The notes under the pieces are model-generated. The model worked only from the letters and a program-made list of their open reading frames with translations, searched no databases and had not been told where the DNA came from. Position numbers and translations under genes: made by a program. Below, piece after piece: positions 27,150-39,900 of a DNA stretch of 64,000 bases. The stretch is from Macrostomum lignano. Lineage: Eukaryota. Position 1 is the stretch's first letter; each line of letters begins with the position of its first letter. The DNA is taken from NCBI GenBank assembly GCA_002269645.1, contig NIVC01000201.1:186001-250000 (forward strand), given 5' to 3'.

Positions 27150-29947
27150 ATGGAACAAGAACTGGCAGCTCTACGGGGTGGCGAAGACGCCTACATCGAG
27201 GACCCAATGGACGATCTGGTCATGGACGAGCGCGAAATCTAATCGTTACCCCAGAGCGACTCGAACAGAACAGCTGGCGCTGGCACCGACACTGAAATTG
27301 AACTAAATGATGAAGATAAAATTCGAGGCTGAGTAAGGCTAGATGACGACAATGTGCACCAATTGAAGCCTGCGGAAGTGCTGGAGATCTGGTATAACGG
27401 CATGCCCCACACAATTCTGCTCGAACGAGTCACAACAACAGCCGACAAGACGGTGGCCACTGCTTTTCACTACGGGTGGCACAGAGCGGTGAAGACTGTC
27501 GTGAGAGAGGAATTTCTGCTGTCAGGCCGCAGCTACTGCAGACTCCAGCTGTTCTCCAAGAGCTGCTGCTACCCACCCGAGGTGGTGCTTCAGAGAGCCG
27601 AGAGCCGACTGAACGATCAGAACTATGGCAGAATGCGGAGCAACTCGGGACAGCTCGCGAGATGGTGCAAGACGATCGACTCTACTCATCCGGATACGGT
27701 TCCGGTTCCGATCTACCTGTCTGATCAGCATCCGATTCACCAGGTGATGGAGAATGACCACATGAATTTGAAATTCGGCTGGCGCACGATTCACGGAGAG
27801 GTGAAGAAAGTCACGGACCTGGGTGACACCGGGCACTTGCTCACAGTTCTTGTCGCAGAGGACGACTGGAAGAAATCGAAAATCAAAAGCATCAACAAGT
27901 CGAGCGAAGAACTCAAAGCTGACACAGTTCTGAAGACCAGAAGATCCCAACTGCCTCAAATCTGTCAGGCAAGACTCGCTGAAAAGGCAAACGTGATTAA
28001 AGACCTGGCGTTCAGGTCATCAAAGTCGAGCAAAGACGTGGCGCAGATTGTGGTCCCATGCTCAAAATCAGAAGATGAGAAATTTTGGTTGCAGAGTCTG
28101 CTCGATGGAAGAGCATCATCAAATATCAACAGAATTGAGCAGGTAAAAGTGCGAGACCTTCGTCCTGGTGACATAATCTTCTCAGGAAAAACACATCGCG
28201 CTGTTCTCAGAGTGCAGCTGGGCTCCTCATCTCAGCAGATTAAACTGGAAACTCAGCAGTACAGCATTGATGACGCTGAGAATGTGAGTGAACACCGGGA
28301 GATGAAGTACATCATTGGTAACAGGGAATCTAAAGCACAAATTGTAGTTCACAATGACGTCAAGGAGAACTGTCTTCTCTATGGAGGCGGTTCTAATCAG
28401 CCGGTCGACAGCTGTGTGAAAGTAAAAAGCCCTAGTGAAATAAAAGCAGGCGATGTTGTTAGCTTTAGGCACAAGACGACGGGTCGAATTTACATCAGGG
28501 CAGTAGTTATCGCACCGCCAAAGATTTCCAAGCAAGATGCAAATGACTTCGAATTGGACATAATTGCCTATTTGCGGGCGAAAAGAACCAATATTATCAT
28601 CCCCCACAGCCTCCGCTTTAGAATCGGCGACGAACTGTACTCTGTACGCTACGGGGTGCCAGCAGATCGCCAATTTCCGCCTGGACAAGTGGTTGCGAGG
28701 GCAAAGTCGCGGATCGGTGAACGACAATTTGATCTGCAGTGGAACAGCTCGAGAGACTTTGCTTGCTGGTGCAGCATCAGACACGCCAGCAACAGGGAGC
28801 AGTGTTGTGTGCCTATCGAGTCAGCCAAGCAGCTGCTGGATTTCGGTAAAGGTCACATCAAGTTCACAAAGTTTGTGAGATTGTACACACACGATGCCAT
28901 TCTGAGAGAAATTCAAGAGATCTCGGACTGTTCGGACATCGTGCGAGTTCGGATCTACGAGAACAATGCTCCATTCCGGAAAGTGTGGATAGAGCCTCTG
29001 GACTTCAGTAGCACAGATAACATCCGCAGAGTGCAGCACGCCAGCTCGGATGCAGAGCCGAGTGCGTCTCGTCTGCATGAGATTCAGGACTGCACATTTC
29101 TCAACTCGAACGATGACTTCAAAGGCTCAGTTGGCAAAGGAGGCAGCAAGGTCACTGACAAGGACTTCTGCTACTGGCTGAGGACGGTCTGGTCTCGCAA
29201 AGGACTAATTGGCGTGCAAAGTCTGTTCGGGACCCGATTGAAAGACATCCAGAATAGCTGCAAGAGTTTGCAGTTCGAAGACGGAGTGACGAAGTCGGAC
29301 CTGAGACAGTGGGATCACATCGCGCTGAAGCGCCGAGTGCATGGAGTTGAGAAAGATGTCCACTTTGTGATCACCGACTGGGATGCAGCTTAGTGTAGCG
29401 GAAAAGGCGTGACGTACGAGTTCGAAGCTGAGCGCGAGGACAAAGGGTTCAAGGAGTTTCGCGGATTTCTTAGAATTGCAACAGCCACCAGCATTGAGAA
29501 GGTTGTGCACAACCTTGAGCCGGACTGGGAGAAGATCGATGCAAGATTCAAAGAGTTCCAGGGTTTTGAGAGCTATGATCTGTTCAACAACAACTGTGAG
29601 CACTTTGTAAACTTCCTGATTTACGGCAGACGAGCCGATCACTTCAGCTGATGACGCGAGGATCGCAGCTCGTCATGCTGCCAAACGGAATCGGGGACAT
29701 TTTGGTTAACGTGCTGCGAACATTGAATAACGCAGCGCTGGTCGGGGCCACAGTGACCCTCATTTTTCTCATCGTTTTCGGGGTGGTGGCCCTGACTACG
29801 AGAGGCGTCGAAACGTTTTTATTACGGCGAAGGCGAATCAGGACCGGCATGCCGGAGCGCGAGTTCCGTCAGAGGCTGCTCAACGTGTGGCTCTCGCCTG
29901 GCATTAGCAGGGCGATCGCCAAAATCCAGGCCTGTCGGAAGCCCTGA
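27150..29947 (+). pseudogene. Disrupted multi-domain LRAT/PLAAT (permuted NlpC/P60) protein with a C-terminal hydrophobic anchor, about 930 aa reconstructed
   Basis: One frame runs from ATG 27150 with in-frame stops TAA 27240, TGA 27330 and TAG 29391. A 1-bp deletion at about 29628 restores YGxTSRSLQ plus a hydrophobic tail. Intact YDLFNNNCEHFVNF at about 29580-29615. Two upstream degenerate units (VVLQRAESRL...NSGQLARWCKT; VVARAKSRIG...NSSRDFACWC). Confidence 0.75.
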
Positions 29948-31198
29948 ACCGCCGAGCATAGCGCTAGTTTTCTTTTGATGCGTATAAAACATACAGAATT
30001 TCATTCGTTGCTATCGTTCGGAATGTGTTAGTGTTGACACGCAAGCAGTGCTGACATGTAATTTTCATGATTTTACTTGCGCAAAACAATATTGTTGCAT
30101 ATTTGATCTGCTGACAATACTATCTTCTTCATATTTCTAAGCTTATTCATTAGTCTATGGTATCTAGGGATTCCATGCAACTGGATCATTATTTTGTGTT
30201 AAGATTCGATAGCTTATTTATTAAAAGGAATACAAGGAATACAAAAGGAATTAAAGGAATAGTGATTCCTGTCAAAGTTTAAGATTTTCATCGGTCTATC
30301 AGCAAACAGAATCACAATGCAGTATAATTATTGTTTTTTTACGGCTTATGTTTTTTATGTCCAGCATTAATTCCGATTTCTAATTCTCGGATATGGCTTT
30401 TTTATTCGCGATGCCAATGTCTTCCAGAGAGAGGACTGCTAGCTTGTCTTAAGTGCCTGCTTTGGTACGGCTCGTAATTGTACATATTCGCTCGCATCGA
30501 ATTACATGGTTGTTCTTTCTGATTTAATATATTTTTAATTCAATACTTACTAATTACTAATTCCTTATGTACGGGTTAAACGCGAATTATAATGATGGAC
30601 TGGCAAGTACAGTAAGGTGAACTAGTAAGTTAAGTGTAAACATTGGAATGCACATCGCAAGCTGAACGTACACAAGGAGAGCTAGCTTTAATGTAGTATT
30701 TTATCAGCAAATTTGTTTTCGCTTAATGAGCGCAGAGCATTGCCAGCCTCAAAAAGCAGAAAGAAAGGAGCTATAAATAGAAGCATTTGCAGCTCCAGTT
30801 TGTCCCTTATGAACATTTACACCCGCGGCCGTACATTGCTGCGTACATTGCCAACTGCCTACAAAGTGGAACTTCGTTTTAACTGTAACTCTTTTCCACA
30901 GCGGATAAAACCCTGGTGTTTTTGACAACGCCTTTTTATTCTATTTAGAAAGTTTTAAGCCGGTTTATCTGATTTGACTATCAATTTTGCGAGACTCTAA
31001 TGAGGGTATAAAGGCTGTGCAATAAGTTGCTAGTGGCTAATTCTATTCATCAAGCTTGGTAAGAACTACAGTTCATTTTGACTATTAGTACAGTTATTCA
31101 TTTTTAAGTAGATAAGATTTACTGTACTCTATCTAGCCCGTAAGGTATATAGAAAGGGATATGCTTGTGATGAGAGTTTGAATGAGCTTCAAAATTGA

Positions 31199-31303
31199 GA
31201 GCTTGATGCGGTTCTGAGAGAGATTGATGCGGTTCTGAGAGAGATTGATGCGGTCATGAGAGAGATTGATGCGGTCATGAGAGAGATTGATGCGGTCATG
31301 AGA
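31199..31303 (+). repeat. 21-bp tandem repeat, 5 copies, encoding heptads E(L/I)DAV(L/M)R at the 5' end of the ankyrin gene
   Basis: gag att gat gcg gtc atg aga repeated in the ORF frame. Confidence 0.9.
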
Positions 31304-34300
31304 GAACACAGAAAAATCGGTATATTTATTAAAAGCTCCCAACTCCGGTTACAACGACAGGTCAATAAGACAATGAGAAAAAAATTGCGCCAAAAGCAAG
31401 AGAAGTTTCTGCTGCAGGCCAAGCAGTGGCTGGCAAGTACCGGCCGGGAAGCTGAGCGGAAAGCAGAGGCGGAGAAGAGCAGCTTCTTTGCAGCAATCCT
31501 ATCAGGAGACTGGCACTCAGTGAACAAAGCTCTGCAGAAAGGCATCGATGTCAACTGCACAGATGACGATGGCCAGTCTGGAGTGCACCTGGCAGCCCTG
31601 GCCGGCCACAACGACTTGCTCGGCACTCTGATCAACAACGGCGCAGATCTGGACAAATGCGACAAGGCGGGTCTGACTCCCCTGATGTGCGCCGCTCAAG
31701 TAGGCAGTGAAGTCATCGTGGACCAGCTTCTCGGCAAAGAAATTGACGTGAAAAAGAAGACTAGCGAGGGCCTGACGGCTGTGTATTACGCGCTGTACTT
31801 TGGCCACACTGAAATTGCTAAAAAGTTAGAAGACAAGCAATCGTGCATCCACCAGCTTGATGAAAAGCCCATAGCCGGCATTCTTGAAAAAGCTGTGAAG
31901 AAAAACTGGATCCATGTGGTCTGCTTTATGAGAGAGAGAAGTTGCGACGGATCCTACGCTACCAAACTGAGCTTGGCATCCAAAGCGGCCCGCTGCGGCC
32001 ACACGCAGATGCTGCAGTACTTTAACGTGAATTTCAATGGCAAAGTTACGTCTGATGAAGACAGCCCACTTTGCTGCGCAATCCGGAGCGGTTTTTACGA
32101 TGCCGTGAAGTACATGCTTGACAACGGATGCGATGTGAAGCAAAACACAGAGTGCATCAAGGTGGCCATGCAAGCCGGGAATTTCGAAATCTTAGAGCTT
32201 CTCCGAGAGAAGGAGGCTCCGATTTTCGACCGAACGGAGCAAAATTTCACCCCTGCTCAGCTGGCAGTTGCTCATGGCCCACTTGAGATGCTGAAGTATC
32301 TAGTCGAGCAAAAATGCTCACTGGAAGGGCATGAAAAGATGGGAGAACTCAGCTTGATGGCGGCATCATTCAGGCAAAACGATGTGCTCGAGTTTCTGAA
32401 GTTTCTCGCGGGCAAGGCCGTTGAACTTGACAGACCAGGTCTTAAGACCGATGAGACGCCTTTATTAGCAGTCAGCCAGAAAGGTCCAATTCAAGCCCTG
32501 GAGTTTCTAATTGACAAGGAGTGTAGAATGAATGTTGAAAATATTCGCGGCGTAACGCCGGCGCTGAGAGCGGCTGCCAGCAAGCAGGAAGAAATACTGA
32601 TGCTGCTCGGAGAGCGGGGTGCTAATCTGGACACCCCGGATCGGCTGGGAGAGACGGCCATCCTTTGCGCCGCGCGGAACAAATCGCTGTCGATGGTTCG
32701 CTATTTAGCAGACAAAAAATGCCGACTCGACAGGAAAGACAACCACGGGCACACTGTGGCCTTCTACGCTGTCAGAGAAAACAACGTGGCGCTGCTGCAG
32801 TTTCTCCTACAACGGAAAGTTTGCCTCGACGAGCCGGATATTAACGGCATGACGCCACTGATCATCGCCGTTCAGAATGGTGCGTTCGATGCTATAAAAC
32901 TCCTGACAGGCCAGTCGAAAATGTGCATGATTGACCACAAGGACAGACTCGGGAAAACTGCTCTGAATTACGCTGTTTCCAAAGGGGAGCTTGACATCGT
33001 GAAGTACTTGCATGAAAAAGGAGCCAATCTGCAGACGGTGGACCACGCCGGAAATTCTCTTCTTCTAGAGGCGCTGAAGGCCACGAAAAATTCATTGGCT
33101 ATTTTGGAGTTTCTGACCGGACAGCCTGAATGCGACATTCATGCAACAAACGATGCACTGGAAACTGCAGTGCACCTGGCGTCAATGGAGAAGGAGAACG
33201 ATGCTCTCATGCATCTGCTGGAAATGAGGCCAGCAATTGATGCTCAAGATCAGAAAGGCATGACACCGTTTTTGATCAGCGCCGCTCAGGGCAGCGAATC
33301 GCTGGTCACTGTCCTGAAGTCAGTTGGTGCAGACGTCAATAAGCGAAACTTCAGAGGCGAAAATGCGGTTCATTTGTCGGTGAAGAGCGGAAATCTGAAG
33401 ATCGTCCAGTGCCTGTCCCTGTTCGACTGCGTCATGGACCAGGAGGACAGCGCTGGCGTCACGCCACTTATGCTGGCCTGCTCGAGCAACAAGTTTGACA
33501 TGGCCAGGTTCCTGATTAAGAAAGGTGCCGACGTGAATGCAGTTGATCACGATGGCAAGACGCCGACTCACTTCGCCTGTCAGTTAGGATCTTTGAACCT
33601 GATGAAGCTTCTTCACGACAATGCCGCCAAACTTAATCAGCCGGATTTGAACGGCGTTGTTCCAGTTATGTTGGCGGCTGAAAAGCAGGACCGCGAGTTT
33701 CTGGTGTTTCTGCACAATATTAAGTGCTCATTTTCTGTCACCGACTATGCACTGAAAACTGTTCTCCACTATGCCGTCCGGGGCAAAAACGAGGCGGCCA
33801 TTCGCTTTCTTCTCGATCAGGGGGTTGGCGATCCAAATGCACTGGATGACTCTGGAACTTCGCCTGTCATGCTAAGCGTTGGGCTTGGCTGCCAATCCAT
33901 CCTGAATGTCCTTCAGAGCAACCATGGCAGAATCGATGAAACAGTGGACAACGAAGATCGCACCGTTGCTCACTTGGCGTGTCAATCCGGCAGTCTGGAA
34001 ATTCTCAAGAAAACGCAAAGTGCCAATGTCCGAGTTTCCCTACGCAGTCGAACAAAATCACGTGAAAACTGTCTCACTTTCGTTTGCGCCAACGGGAACG
34101 AAGGCATAGTGAAGTTTCTGATTGAGCAAGGAGTGCACCTGAACTACAAGAACTCGCTGGGCGACAACGCTTTGATTGTTGCTGTGAAAAATGGCCACCT
34201 AAACTTGATTCCCCTGTTACTTGAGGCTGGAGCCAAGGCGTCGGAAGTCAATCTGGAGGGCAACAATGCCCTTGTCATACTTTGCGGCAAGAAATGCACA

Positions 34301-36432
34301 TCGAAGCTGCAAAACCCTGAGTCCAGGGAGCAATCAAATAACCAGCAAAAACTGATGCCCCCACTCGAAATGTATGGGAATGACGTCCCGGATTCCAGCG
34401 CAAAACCCGCTCTGCCACCGGGATTCGTTTCAAGAGACGCCGCAATCAAAGCCCTGGATGAGTTGATCAAAGCACCCGGACTGGACGTAAAATCAACCAA
34501 TAAAGATGGCAAAAGCGCGTTTCACTTTGCCGCCGCCGGTGGAAGCAGGGAGATCATTAGATTTCTGCTTTCTAAGGGTCTATCAGAAATGATTGACCTA
34601 AAAGACAATGACGGTGAAACGCCACTTTTTAGCGCAATTCGACACGGAAACGAGAAGGCGGCCGCGCTTCTTCTCGATCGAGGGGCGGACGCACTCACCG
34701 AGAATAAGCACGGGCTGTCAGTTTACTCATTGGCGGTGGCACTGAACTCGGTGAAGATCATGGATATTCTGGCTGCAAAGGAAGCTCAATTGAGCATGAG
34801 GCACGTAGCCAGTGTGCTCAAGATGGAGCAAATTTTTAAGCGCATGGACATCAAGCATCTGGACTTTCTTTTGGATAAAGGCTTACATGTAGATGAAAAA
34901 ATTGACCACGAGGGAGCAACCATTCTCCACTACGCAGTTCGAACCTGGGACATTCGACTGTTGCGATCTCTAAGAAAGAACTCGAGATGCGCCTTCCTCG
35001 CTGACATTGTAGACAAACAGGATGCTCAGGGGAACACGGCATTTCACTGTGCGATCATGACAGGAAGACTGGACATGGCCGCCGAGCTGTTTGCCATGAA
35101 GTGCCACACGGACATCAGAAACTCTGAAGGCCGCACGCCACTGCACGTGGCGGTGATGAAAAGCAAGTTGAGCTTGGTTCAGTGGCTGTTCGATCACTGC
35201 AAAATAGCTGCTCAACCAGAAGCCGCTGAGCCTTCTGGCACATTGTCACCCCTGCAACTTGCCGCAGCCATTGGCAACCTCTCAGTGTTTGAATTTCTGC
35301 TAAAAAAAGGCTTCAAAGAAGCTGCGACCTGCAGTAATAAATGCTACAGCGCTCACTATGCCGCAATGCATGGAAACTTAAACATTCTCAAGCGCATTCA
35401 TGAGACCTGTCCCGACTGTTTTAGGAAGCTGAATGCCCAAGGACTGACGCCCTTTCAGCTCGCAGTGCTCAACGGGCACGAGGAGGTCGCCAATTTTCTG
35501 CACCAGAACGCCGAAGATCCCGCGCTGCCCGACTGCATCATCCACCTGGCTGTGCAACGCGGTCACCAGCACATCGCAGACTGGCTGGTCAAGCGAGGTG
35601 CACAGCTAATAGCCGATGACGAGCCGACTGCCAAGGGCACCATTAGCTGGGCTGTGGCATCCGGCAACCTTCATTTGATCCAAAAAGTGACCTCTGAAAT
35701 GACCGACTGGAAAGAGCATCGCGATGGTCATCAGAGGAGTTTGGCTCAATTTGCCGCCACTTTTAATCATGCCCATGTGCTCAGATTTCTCAGAGAGAAT
35801 AATGCTCCCTTGGACTTGGCGGATCGTGACGGGAACACTCCGGTTCTCGAGAGCGCCAGCAGGGGCCATCTGAAGTCCTTGAAGCTGCTCCAGGGCTACG
35901 ACTGCAACATTGGCCACAGGAGCGAGAAGGGCAGAGACATTGTGCACTTCGCCTGCATTAGCGCCGATCAGGAAGGTCACCTGAACATTGTGAAGTTTGC
36001 ATGCGAACAGGGTTGCCGCTCGACCACGCGGATCAGCAGGGAAACACGGCGCTCATGTACGCCTGCCGTCGGGGCTTCAAAGACGTTGTCGAGTTCCTGC
36101 TAAGCGACGGAGGAGCTGATCCGAAAAAAGCCAACGGACAGGGTCGGACGCCGGTGCATCTCGCGGTTTTGGCAGGCAGGTCCGACATCCTCCAGCTTCT
36201 CCAGCAGCACGGAGCCAGTCTCGATGTGACGGACTCCAACGGTGTCACTCCGCTGATGGTGGCGGTCTATCGCGACTGCCTGGTCTGCGCGACTCTGATC
36301 GCTGAGAACGCGGGACTGGGGGACGACAGCAGCAGGAGGCTGCTGGCACAGCTGTCATCCCGGGCCAGTTCCGATGTGAGACTGGAGATGCAGAGAAGAG
36401 GCCTCCAGTTGCCCGAGGACAGCGGCGGGTGA
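31256..36432 (+). CDS. Giant ankyrin-repeat protein (about 1725 aa if a single frameshift at about 36011-36014 is corrected)
   Basis: Dozens of ANK consensus repeats (GxTPLH/xA...GADVN). The ORF switches frame at CEQG|LPLDHADQQGNTALMYAC and continues in ANK register to TGA 36430-36432. A possible donor gg|gtgagt overlaps that stop. Confidence 0.88.
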
Positions 36433-36913
36433 GTAATGAGAAGCAGCGAGCAGTCGTAGCAGATGCAGATATGTACATGTAAGCTACTGAAGCGCCAGAG
36501 CAAGGCTGCTATCAAACGTCATCATAGCAGGATACTGGTCAGAAACCCTGAATTTCATGGCCTGTGAATTTCACTAGCTGTTACTTCATAAAAATCAGGG
36601 TCCGAACAGATGCAAAAAGTTGAAATAGGGTTCATTGTAACATTGTAACGTGTTGCGGTTAGGGTTCTACACTAAGCCTGCGCAAATTTCAGCGAACCGG
36701 CCATTGAGACCGAGTTAATCCTACAGGACATCGAAATGACGTTGAGCACTGCGGAGCAGAGCTTGCCGTCGCAGCCATCGGTCCCCGACTCGCCAAACGG
36801 GGAAGGAGGCGACGCAGCGGGCTGAAATATTGGTGGAAAATTCTCAATTTTGAGCAGTTCTTCCGATGTTCCGTTCATTGAATGACATCGCTAATTACTC
36901 TTGTAGATAGCGA

Positions 36914-39900
36914 TCAAAGTTCCTCTTGTAGCCACTTTCTTTTCCTGCTCTTCCGCTCAACCTGCTGCTTCTTGAGCACATCCTGCTGGCTAGGGGATCC
37001 AGAGCCTGCCAGTCTCTTCAGTAGAAGATTTCTCTGCCAGCGACAGGCAGAGTAGGTGGCGGCCGCTCGAAGCTCCTGCTCGTCTGCGTCTTCGCGGTCG
37101 GCCACGTCTCGAATCCAGTCCTGGCCGCTGGAGTCCCTGTCTGCCAGCAGCTCAAACCGCAGAGCCCAAAGCAGGGCGTCAAAGTTAATGTAATAGTACA
37201 CAGCGTAATTGTCCAGGCGAACGGGAAAGATGTCGGTCAGATCTCCTTTCAGAAACCGAAATGCCGGTTGCTTTTCATAGTAAAAGCAGAACTTCCACGC
37301 GGAGTCCCGGCTTCGCAGATGCCGCCAGACGAACTCTACAGTGACCTCGGTAGAAGACTTTTCAGCGGGCCATGAAATGCCCCTGCACACCTGGTGCACG
37401 TGGCCACTACTGCGAAGCACAGTTGTCTCAGCAGCTTCTCGGTCACCGAACTTTACGCAGGCTAAAGTTCTCAAGGCATCCCGTGCTGAGCAGGCGCAGT
37501 CTGGCAGCCGAGCAATCAGCTTTATTAAAGAATCTTGAGATTGAATGCTACAGCTAGGGAGAGAGAGTTTTGCCACACATTCCCTCACCACATCGTAGAT
37601 CTCATAGTACTCGATGATGTCTGAATTCGGCAACGCAGCCTCTCTCATATCCGGTAGGATTTGGAACGGGTGAAAGAAAAAAATTCCCGAGTCACTCACG
37701 GGCCTCAGAGCACGGCTGAACTGCTGCAACAGCTGAGGCAGCTGATCAATCACCGTTTCCAGTGTGTTTGCGATGTCGCCTAGTGTCTGGTACATACTGC
37801 CGTCTCTCTGAACTGCGCCTTTGAGGTACAGGGCGGCATCCTTGAGGAAGAAATGCTCCATGATCCGGCCATGAATATTTTCTGGAGCTCGACTATTCTG
37901 GACGCTGTCAAGCAGCATCTGCAGCGATCTCCTCGTCAGATGCACAAGATTCTCTGGCTTCCACTGGTCGACCGGCGTCTCCTCCAGCATTCGGAAAGTG
38001 ATAGTCTTTACGTGGTACGGCTTCAAACCTTGTATGTTAAATGCATCACTGTGACATATAACCTTTTTTACTAGATACTTCAGCGTGACAAACAGCTGTC
38101 CTTGCAGGGTGGTGAGACATCGCTGCATTCTCTTCTCTAGAAAGTTAGTGCTAACACGGAGTTCTTGACCTCCTCGACCTGGAGATGCTGCATGCACAGC
38201 ATGGCAGGGGGATGAGGCGGAGTTGATGTCATTTTGAAGCGCCTGCAGTATTGACAAGGGAATGTTGGAATTGGAGACTCTGTCCGTCTGGAGTGGCGCA
38301 ATGGGCGGGTACCGGCAGACCCGGCCAGCCGTCACATCGTCAATTGCTGGTCTCAGAGTGGCTCCGGAATACGCATAAGCTGGGTTGGAAGCTGGAATGG
38401 ATTTGCGAAAGACAATTGTGAGTCAATTATTACATGGAATCTGTATTAACAATAATATTATCTAGATTCAAGAGGTATACCGAAAAAGTTGATTACTTGA
38501 TCTGATTGATCTGAGCAAACACGAACGCAAGGCGGAGGACCAGACTAAATATGAAAACGAGCAGGCACCCACACGCGCACCCCGCCCCCGCAACACACGC
38601 ACCCCGCACGCACCAGCCCCAGCCAAGCGAGCCACCTCACCCCGCAGTTTAAACGCCCTTACCACCAACACAGTGGCAAGGGTAACAAGAAACTCTTACC
38701 GAAGCCGGAACACACAATGTGGCCGTTACTGTACTCATGAAGCAATGTTCCTTCTTCCACGCACTCACAGATGCCCTTCAGGTGGTACATGCGGCCCTGA
38801 GTCAAACTTAGCACGTCAATATCGGACGCGATGTCAGTTCGACCGTCGAGTGTCTTCAGACTGTTGCCCCAGCCTTCGGAGAAGCTGCCGACTACAAACT
38901 GGTCTTCATCGTCAAGCCTCTTTCTTAAGATTTCTTGCAAAACATCGGCTGCAGCACTCTGCAGTGCAGCTCTCGAGTTTACGAATCCTGCCTGAGAGAG
39001 TGCCAGGTGCAGTTGCCGGCTTAGCTCTGTTTCGTCTGGAGGTGTTCTAAAATATGTAAATCAGTGTTCATAATCATTTTATTTAGGGGCCTAAAATTCT
39101 AAATTTCTACTAAAGTATTTTTGAAACTGTTTTTTTTTATCAAGTCGCAGTAAAACGTAACAGTTTCAAAAGTTTTAGGAATTGAGTTGAAAAGCTTTTA
39201 TTAAAGAAAATATTGCAATATCTCACGAGCAATCAGACTCAGAATCCGTCTCTAGGCTGGGAACAGTTTCGTCCTCTTCTTCGCTCAAACTTAAGTCGAA
39301 TAGCATGTCCATGGAATCTGCAGCCTTTGGCGCGTTGGTTGCAGTTTCTATTTGCCACTTTCCATTGGATTGTCGCAGATGGACGTCGGCTAACGCGCTG
39401 ACTAGTAATTTCGCGACTTGAATGCGCCCGGTGTGGAATGCAATGTCGAGAGGCGACATTCCATCGCTTCTTTGAAGATTGACATCGGCTTGGGCTTTGA
39501 TGAGTGAGTCTACGATAGGCAGATGACCGTTCTGTGATGCAATGTATAGAGAGGGGAGCACCCATCGAATTCGCGAAGGTTCACGTCCGCTTGTGCTTTG
39601 ATGAGCGAGTCAACGATCGTCTGGCAACCGTTTTTTGACGCAATATAGAGAGGTGATGAGCCTTGTACTTTTTCTTGGAGATTAACGTCAGCTCCTGCTT
39701 TAATGAGGATGTCCACTATTTGCGGGTGACCACTCTGTGAGGCTGTGTAGAGTGGTGTGACTCCTGTGTGTCTTTGGAGATCTACATTGGCCTGCGCTTT
39801 AATCAGTGAGGCCACCACTTCTTGATGGCCATTCTGAGAGGCAATGTCGAGAGGCGTAGAGCCAGCATATCCTGAAGCATTGACGTCTGCATGCGCTTTT

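Noticed and set aside
27150-29651. Stop-codon reassignment or readthrough to explain in-frame stops in the LRAT gene
   Set aside because: All three stop types occur once each along with a frameshift, and other genes here terminate with TAA (44380), TAG (11254) and TGA (14291).
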